In this document: positions 56,822 to 64,000 of the stretch, piece after piece | Position numbering within the stretch: position 1 is the stretch's first letter | Layout of the letters: the number at the start of each line of letters is the position of its first letter | NCBI GenBank assembly: GCA_001798135.1 | Contig: MGRJ01000020.1 | Coordinates: forward strand, 31,513 to 95,512 | DNA from: Deltaproteobacteria bacterium RIFCSPHIGHO2_02_FULL_40_28 | Lineage (GTDB): Bacteria > UBA10199 > 2-12-FULL-40-28 | Direction of reading: 5' to 3' | Length of the DNA: 64,000 nucleotides | Notes under the pieces: model-generated | The model's input: the letters and a program-made list of their open reading frames with translations, nothing else | Told to the model about the DNA's origin: nothing | Databases searched by the model: none | Made by a program: the position numbers and the translations under genes

Positions 56822-56843
56822 AACGCATTACACCCACAGATGA

Positions 56844-58010
56844 TTAAGCAAGCTTCGCCAATTCTTGGGCCATGGCTTTAACCCCGATGGCTTCCACACC
56901 ATCACCAAGGGGATAACGTTCATTCCCCGCATAAACAACAAAGCAACGTTGCGGTTTCATGTCTTGGCAGGCTTGGTAAAATCCTTTTTTCGGTTTGGGA
57001 GCAAGACCTCGTTTTATTTCAATGAACCAAAGCTTAGAACCTTTCAGCTCCAACACCAAATCTACTTCGGCGCCCGCTGCCGTTCGGTAAAAACTTTTTT
57101 CTATTTTTTCGGGCAGAGCGCGCAAAAGCGATTCGATGACAAATCCTTCCCAGCTAGCGCCCACAATGGGATGACCCAGAAGACTTTCTTCCGTGGTTAA
57201 CCCCAGAAGCGTGTGAGCAAGGCCACTGTCGCGGATAAAAATTTTAGGTGATTTTACCAGCCTTTTGCCGATGTTGGCATGAATGGGCTTTAACCTTCGT
57301 ACCAAAAGTAAATCAACCATGAGGTCCAAATACCGTGCAATGGTTTTGCCATCCACAGCTAGCCCCCTGGCCAGCCCCGCCGCATTGAGAAGACTTCCTT
57401 GCCCATGAGCTAGCATGGTCCAGAACCGCCGTAAGGTTTCGCTAGGGATGCGCGGGCCTAGTTGGGGGATGTCGCGCTCAAGGTATGTCCTGATGAATTC
57501 TTCACGCCAAGTGCTGCTCTGTTCTTCAGTTTTGGCTAGAAAACTGTTGGGAAAACCACCCCGCACCCAGAGCCGTTCCATTTGGGTTTCCGGCAATTCC
57601 AATGAATCAAACGGCGAGAGTTCTACGTAGGCAATGCGCCCGGCCAAACTTTCACCTGATTGTTTGAGCAAATCCAGCGATGCCGAACCTAAAAGAAGAA
57701 ACCGGCCTTGCTTCAACCCTTGCCTCCGGCCTTGGTCGATTAAACCTCGCAGGGTTTGAAAAAGTTGCGGGGCCCGTTGTATTTCATCGATCACAACAAG
57801 TTTGTTTTCATGAAGTTTTAAATATTTTTCAGCATCTAAAAGTTTTCCGCGGTCGGAGGGTAATTCTAAATCGAGGTAAACGCTCGGTCTTTTAGCTGCA
57901 ATCCCATGCGCCAGAGTTGTTTTTCCCACTTGCCGGGGGCCCACCAACGCCACAGCCGGAAATTCCTTCAGTCTCTTAACAACTAGGTTAGCTACCCGAC
58001 GGTTTATCAT
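56844..58010 (-). CDS. AAA+ ATPase, AAA_14/DUF4143-type
   Basis: Walker A GPRQVGKTTLA, Walker B LVVIDEIQ; start taken at MINRRVANL (the longer frame to 58151 would overlap sdhC). Confidence 0.8.
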   Translation of the reverse strand: MINRRVANLVVKRLKEFPAVALVGPRQVGKTTLAHGIAAKRPSVYLDLELPSDRGKLLDAEKYLKLHENKLVVIDEIQRAPQLFQTLRGLIDQGRRQGLKQGRFLLLGSASLDLLKQSGESLAGRIAYVELSPFDSLELPETQMERLWVRGGFPNSFLAKTEEQSSTWREEFIRTYLERDIPQLGPRIPSETLRRFWTMLAHGQGSLLNAAGLARGLAVDGKTIARYLDLMVDLLLVRRLKPIHANIGKRLVKSPKIFIRDSGLAHTLLGLTTEESLLGHPIVGASWEGFVIESLLRALPEKIEKSFYRTAAGAEVDLVLELKGSKLWFIEIKRGLAPKPKKGFYQACQDMKPQRCFVVYAGNERYPLGDGVEAIGVKAMAQELAKLA

Positions 58011-58076
58011 CCTTGTAATTATGGCATACAATTCCATAAATGCAAGGTTAGAGTAAAAGACAAGGCATATTTTTCC

Positions 58077-58105
58077 TTGACTAACCACGCCCCCTTTAAT
58101 ATTTA
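58077..58105 (+). promoter_or_regulatory. Candidate promoter for sdhCAB
   Basis: TTGACT at 58077-58082 followed 15-17 nt later by an A/T-rich -10-like hexamer (TAATATTTA region); about 40 nt upstream of the sdhC ATG. Confidence 0.3.
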
Positions 58106-58143
58106 ACGTCAACATCTTTAACGTCTTTATTTTTCTATTCGAC

Positions 58144-58974
58144 ATGACCACTCAAGAAATAGCAGTTGGAGGATATTCTAAAGGGTTTTCGCAAACACAT
58201 CGAACCGATCGTTGGTGGATTGGCCCCTTACTTACCTTTTTGGGTTTTTCTAGTTTTATTGTTTATTCAACCTGGGCAGCCCTTCAGGGAAATCACTATT
58301 TTTATGGTTCTTATCTTTCCCCCTTTTATTCTCCGCTCTTGTTTGTTGATCCTTCTGTAACTGGAGGGGCATCTCTTGAACATGCCTGGTTTGGAGGATG
58401 GCCTTCCTGGTGGCCTTCTTTTGTTCCTGCTTCGCCAGCCTTTTTGGTTCTAGCCTTTCCCGGTGCTTTCCGTTTTACCTGTTATTATTATCGAAAGGCT
58501 TACTATCGCGCCTTTGCCTTCACCCCTCCCGGTTGCGCTGTAACGGCTCTTCCCCAAAAAAATTATAAGGGAGAAACTTTTTTACTTCTTTTTCAAAATC
58601 TTCATCGCTATGCCCTTTATTTTGCCCTCTTTTTTATCATCATTCTTTTTTCAGATGCGGTGCAGGCCTTTTTTCGTGACGGAAAATTGGGAATAGGCGT
58701 AGGAAGCATTGTGTTGTTACTTAATGCCACTTTTCTTTCCTGCTACACCTTGGGATGCCATTCTTTTCGTCATCTTGTGGGGGGGAAGCTTGATTGTTTT
58801 TCGTGTGATGCCACAAGTAGCACGCGGTATGGTCTCTGGAAACGAGTTACCTTATTGAACGAAAATCACATGCTTTTTGCCTGGATTTCTCTTTTTTGGG
58901 TGGGATTTTCTGATGTTTACGTTCGTTTGGTTTCAATGGGCATTTGGCACGACCTATCCACATGGGGAAATTAA
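58144..58974 (+). CDS. sdhC: Succinate dehydrogenase/fumarate reductase cytochrome b membrane anchor (single-subunit type, putative)
   Basis: 276 aa, about 5 TM helices with several conserved His; located immediately upstream of sdhA-sdhB (C-A-B order). Confidence 0.6.
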   Translation: MTTQEIAVGGYSKGFSQTHRTDRWWIGPLLTFLGFSSFIVYSTWAALQGNHYFYGSYLSPFYSPLLFVDPSVTGGASLEHAWFGGWPSWWPSFVPASPAFLVLAFPGAFRFTCYYYRKAYYRAFAFTPPGCAVTALPQKNYKGETFLLLFQNLHRYALYFALFFIIILFSDAVQAFFRDGKLGIGVGSIVLLLNATFLSCYTLGCHSFRHLVGGKLDCFSCDATSSTRYGLWKRVTLLNENHMLFAWISLFWVGFSDVYVRLVSMGIWHDLSTWGN

Positions 58975-58979
58975 TTTAA

Positions 58980-60809
58980 ATGATACCTCTCTCTGAAATT
59001 TTAACTTACGAACATGATGTCATCGTTGTTGGTGCTGGTGGCGCTGGTTTGCGGGCGGCCATTGAGTGCTGTAAACAAGGAATGAATACCGGAGTTGTTT
59101 GTAAATCTTTGCTTGGTAAGGCCCATACCGTGATGGCAGAGGGCGGGATGGCAGCAGCCATGGGTAATGTGGATGCGCGCGATAATTGGAAAGTTCATTT
59201 TCGCGATACCATGCGCGGTGGCAAATTTATGAACCAGTGGCGAATGGCCGAGCTTCATGCTAGAGAAGCTCCCGATCGCGTACGCGAGCTAGAAGAATGG
59301 GGAGCTGTTTTCGATCGCACCAAAGAAGGTTTAATCTCACAAAGAAATTTTGGAGGGCATCGCTATCCACGCTTGGCGCATGTTGGTGATCGTACGGGGT
59401 TAGAGCTCATTCGTACCCTTCAAGATTATGCTATTCATCAAGGGATGAAGGTTTACATGGAATGCACTGCTCTTGATCTTTTAAAAGACGGTGATCGCAT
59501 TACGGGGCTTGTAGGATATTTTCGTGAAACGGGTCGTTTTGTTGTTTTTAAAGCCAACGCCGTTATCTTTGCAACAGGCGGGGCTGGTAAAGCTTGGAAA
59601 ATTACTTCTAATTCTTGGGAATACACAGGTGATGGTTATGGCATGGCCTACACCGCAGGAGCTGAATTAATGGATATGGAATTTACCCAATTTCATCCAA
59701 CCGGCATGGTTTGGCCGCCCTCAGTTCGCGGGATTTTAGTAACAGAAGGGGTTCGTGGCGATGGCGGGATTCTTTTGAATAACAAGGGTGAGAGGTTTAT
59801 GTTTAAGTATGTTCCTCCTAAATTTGCCGCCGAAACAGCCGATACAGTAGAGGAAGGCAATCGTTGGCTGGAAGGTGACAAAGCAGCCAGACGTCCTCCA
59901 GAACTTTTAACACGCGATGTGGTGGCGCGTGCCATTACTGCAGAAGTAAATGCAGGACGAGGTTCGGCCCATGGTGGAGCTTTATTAGATATTGCTTCTC
60001 GTAGGCCGGCAGATGTGATTCGTAAAAAACTTCCCTCCATGTATCATCAATTCAAGGAATTGGGAGAATTAGATATTACAAAAGAACCCATGGAAGTAGG
60101 GCCTACGTTGCATTATTTTATGGGTGGAATTCGAGTAGATCACGATACTCAACAAAGTACAGTGCCAGGGCTTTTTGCTTGTGGTGAATGTTCTGCTGGA
60201 ATGCATGGGGCTAATCGTTTAGGAGGTAATTCGTTGTCGGATCTTTTAGTGTTTGGACGCTTAGCAGGGCTTGGAGCTTCTGAGTATTCTAAGTCGATTG
60301 GGAAAAAATCGGTAACGGATGAAAAACAAGTTCTTTCCATTATTCGGAGCGCCACTGATATTCTCAATCTTGACAAGGGGACAAATCCCTACTTGGTGCA
60401 TGAAGATCTTCAAAATGTGATGCAACGGTATGTTGGAATTGTTCGAAGTGCCGATGAATTACAAACTGCCAAAAACGAACTCGAGCGAATTAAAAAAGAT
60501 GTTGCCCTTGTTAAATCAGATGGGGCAAGCCAATACAATGCTGGTTGGCACAAGGCTCTTGATCTTCGCAACCTTTTAATTTCTGCAGAAGCAGTAACTA
60601 AGGCAGCAGAGATGCGCACAGAAAGTCGCGGTGGACACACCCGTATTGATTTTGAGGGAGAACGTGAAGAGTGTGCCAAGTACAATATTGTTGTTAAAAA
60701 GGGTGAACAGGGAATGGAAGTACGAAAAGTAGAACGAAGAGAACCTCCTGAAACTTTAAAAAAGATTGCCTATGCAAAGATTGAGGATCTGGAACGAGAA
60801 GGGGTATAG
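58980..60809 (+). CDS. sdhA: Succinate dehydrogenase/fumarate reductase flavoprotein subunit
   Basis: FAD motif VVGAGGAGLRAA, HYFMGGI, RLGGNSL; 609 aa. Confidence 0.9.
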   Translation: MIPLSEILTYEHDVIVVGAGGAGLRAAIECCKQGMNTGVVCKSLLGKAHTVMAEGGMAAAMGNVDARDNWKVHFRDTMRGGKFMNQWRMAELHAREAPDRVRELEEWGAVFDRTKEGLISQRNFGGHRYPRLAHVGDRTGLELIRTLQDYAIHQGMKVYMECTALDLLKDGDRITGLVGYFRETGRFVVFKANAVIFATGGAGKAWKITSNSWEYTGDGYGMAYTAGAELMDMEFTQFHPTGMVWPPSVRGILVTEGVRGDGGILLNNKGERFMFKYVPPKFAAETADTVEEGNRWLEGDKAARRPPELLTRDVVARAITAEVNAGRGSAHGGALLDIASRRPADVIRKKLPSMYHQFKELGELDITKEPMEVGPTLHYFMGGIRVDHDTQQSTVPGLFACGECSAGMHGANRLGGNSLSDLLVFGRLAGLGASEYSKSIGKKSVTDEKQVLSIIRSATDILNLDKGTNPYLVHEDLQNVMQRYVGIVRSADELQTAKNELERIKKDVALVKSDGASQYNAGWHKALDLRNLLISAEAVTKAAEMRTESRGGHTRIDFEGEREECAKYNIVVKKGEQGMEVRKVERREPPETLKKIAYAKIEDLEREGV

Positions 60810-60823
60810 GGGAAACGAAAAGT

Positions 60824-61564
60824 ATGGCAAAGAGACAATTCAAAATTTGGCGTGGTAACAAAAATGGCGGAGAGTTTGCTAACTACCAAACCGAAATAGA
60901 ACCAGGCATGGTGGTTTTGGATGCCATTCATTCTATTCAGGCCGAATCTGCTGGTGACTTGGCAGTTCGTTGGAATTGTAAAGCAGGGAAGTGTGGTTCT
61001 TGCAGTATGGAAATCAATGGCAAACCTCGTTTATCTTGCATGACTCGTATGAACTCACTGCCTGCTAACGAAACAGTCACTCTTCAACCACTTAAAACTT
61101 TTCCAGTGATTAAAGATTTGGTTACGGATGTCTCGTGGAATTATCGACAAAAGGAAAAAATTCAACCTCTTAAGCCCAAGCCACGTGATGCTGACGGCAA
61201 CTACAGAATGATGCAAGAGGATGTTGATCGTATTCAAGAGTTTCGTAAGTGTATCGAATGTTTTCTTTGTCAGGATGTTTGTCATGTTCTTCGTGATCAA
61301 GACCAAGCTAATAATTTCGTTGGCCCCCGTTTTATGATTTATTTGGCCAGTTTGGAAATGCACCCTCTTGATACCGCAGACAGGATACCCACTATTCGCA
61401 AGGAATTTGGCTCGGGGCTTTGCAACATCACTCGTTGCTGTACTGAAGTTTGTCCCGAGCATATTAATATTACCGACAATGGGATTATTCCGTTAAAAGA
61501 ACGGGTGGTTGATCGTTTTTATGATCCAGTTATGTGGGTGAAAAGAAAATTTTTTGGTGTATAG
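60824..61564 (+). CDS. sdhB: Succinate dehydrogenase/fumarate reductase iron-sulfur subunit
   Basis: Three Cys clusters (CKAGKCGSC...C; [11 protein letters not shown]; [12 protein letters not shown]). Confidence 0.9.
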   Translation: MAKRQFKIWRGNKNGGEFANYQTEIEPGMVVLDAIHSIQAESAGDLAVRWNCKAGKCGSCSMEINGKPRLSCMTRMNSLPANETVTLQPLKTFPVIKDLVTDVSWNYRQKEKIQPLKPKPRDADGNYRMMQEDVDRIQEFRKCIECFLCQDVCHVLRDQDQANNFVGPRFMIYLASLEMHPLDTADRIPTIRKEFGSGLCNITRCCTEVCPEHINITDNGIIPLKERVVDRFYDPVMWVKRKFFGV

Positions 61565-61571
61565 GTACAAT

Positions 61572-62819
61572 ATGTTAAAAATCCCCTCCAATGGCAAAAA
61601 AATAATTCTCAAAAATGGTGTTCTTTCTGTGCCCGATGATCCCGTTATTCCCTTTATTGAAGGGGATGGTACGGGTCCCGATATTTGGAAGGCTTCGGTT
61701 TATGTTTTTGATGAAGCTGTTAAAAAAGTTTATGGTGGAAAGCGTAAAATTAATTGGCTTGAAGTGTATGCTGGTGAAAAAGCTAGAGCTACCTATGGCA
61801 AAGATTGTCCTCCCAATTTTCTTCCTCAAGAAACCTTGGATGTGATCAAAGAATACTTGGTTGCCATTAAAGGGCCACTTACTACTCCTGTAGGTGAAGG
61901 TTTTAGAAGTTTAAATGTAAGTCTTCGGCAAGAATTAGATTTGTATGTTTGTCAGCGCCCCGTGCGTTATTTTACCGGAACCCCTTCTCCTGTTAAGCAA
62001 CCTGAAAAAATTGACATGACAATTTTTCGGGAAAACACCGAAGATATTTATGCAGGAATTGAATGGGCAGCCAAATCAGTTGAGGCAAAAAAGCTTATCA
62101 ACTTTTTACAGAAAGAACTGAGAGTTACAAAAATTCGTTTTCCAGAAAGCTCTGGTATTGGAATTAAGCCTGTTTCTGAAGAAGGCACCAAACGCTTGGT
62201 ACGAGCTGCAATCCAGTATGCTCTTAAAAGAAAACGTAAAAGTCTCACTCTGGTGCATAAGGGCAATATTATGAAGTACACTGAGGGGGCTTTTCGTAAT
62301 TGGGGATACGAATTAGCTAAAGAAGAATTTGGAGATCAAACTGTAAGCTGGGATGATTGCAATGGCAAGCCTCCTGCAGGTAAGTTGCTTATTAAAGATG
62401 CCATTGCTGATGCTTTTTTACAGCAAATTCTTCTTCGGCCCGATGAATTTGATGTGATAGCTACCCTTAATTTAAATGGGGATTATCTTTCAGATGCATT
62501 GGCTGCTCAAGTAGGGGGAATTGGCATTGCCCCAGGTGGAAATATTAACTATGTAACAGGGCACGCTCTTTTTGAAGCTACACATGGCACAGCTCCCAAG
62601 TATGCAGGACTTGATAAGGTTAATCCAGGTTCACTGATTTTGTCGGGAGTGATGATGTTTGAATACATGGGATGGCAAGAAGTAGCCGATGCTATTGTAC
62701 AGGCGCTGGAAAAAACCATTCAAAATAAAACAGTAACGTACGATTTTGAAAGATTGATGCAGGGTGCAAAATTGTTGAAGTGTAGCGAATTTGGAAAAGA
62801 GATTGTAAGAAACATGTAA
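61572..62819 (+). CDS. icd: Isocitrate dehydrogenase (NADP-dependent, prokaryotic type)
   Basis: IDH blocks including [26 protein letters not shown]; ATG 61572 follows the sdhB stop. Confidence 0.9.
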   Translation: MLKIPSNGKKIILKNGVLSVPDDPVIPFIEGDGTGPDIWKASVYVFDEAVKKVYGGKRKINWLEVYAGEKARATYGKDCPPNFLPQETLDVIKEYLVAIKGPLTTPVGEGFRSLNVSLRQELDLYVCQRPVRYFTGTPSPVKQPEKIDMTIFRENTEDIYAGIEWAAKSVEAKKLINFLQKELRVTKIRFPESSGIGIKPVSEEGTKRLVRAAIQYALKRKRKSLTLVHKGNIMKYTEGAFRNWGYELAKEEFGDQTVSWDDCNGKPPAGKLLIKDAIADAFLQQILLRPDEFDVIATLNLNGDYLSDALAAQVGGIGIAPGGNINYVTGHALFEATHGTAPKYAGLDKVNPGSLILSGVMMFEYMGWQEVADAIVQALEKTIQNKTVTYDFERLMQGAKLLKCSEFGKEIVRNM

Positions 62820-62837
62820 TAGATATCGTGATTATTG

Positions 62838-63878
<1,041 letters not shown>

Positions 63879-64000
63879 ATAGACAATAAAGATAGATTCT
63901 GGTTTTATGGTTTTGTGGCTAAGCGTTTTCATTCTTTAAGTGGTTTTTTTCTAGGCCTTTTTTTCTTTTTTCACCTTTACCAAAATGCTCTTATTTTAAC

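Overview
AT-rich bacterial chromosomal window from a Gram-negative-type organism (LolA, RuvABC, F0 ATP synthase genes, TCA enzymes). Most of it is housekeeping: hpnH-hemL, a partial atp operon (atpZ-like/atpI/atpB/atpE), dNK-panB-panC, fadE, elbB-lolA-yajQ, yebC-ruvCAB, gltX, ilvC, nagZ, and a TCA block (acnA; sdhCAB-icd-mdh). Superimposed on this are: (1) at least 13 GC-rich nested palindromic MITE/REP-like elements in several intergrading families, two of them reaching into coding sequence; (2) a paralogous family of AAA+ ATPases with DUF4143-type C-termini (four intact, one 5'-truncated), some with striking palindromic sites upstream; (3) a VapBC-like pair beside an 898-aa protein with a Gly-rich C-terminal domain; (4) a two-gene small-protein cassette bracketed by repeats; (5) a FabH-like enzyme with Ser replacing the catalytic Cys; (6) a family of acidic low-complexity lipoproteins; (7) a sugar-nucleotide epimerase / polyprenyl-phosphate GT2 / AsnB-like locus; (8) a GlcDEF-like oxidase set with a degenerate middle subunit followed by a lipid kinase. 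No rRNA, tRNA or CRISPR array was recognised. The best candidates for an undescribed system are the 898-aa protein locus, the AAA-ATPase paralogs with their operator-like palindromes, and the repeat-bracketed small cassette. All calls rest on motif reading of the translations and on the DNA itself; no database search was run, so product names are family-level hypotheses.
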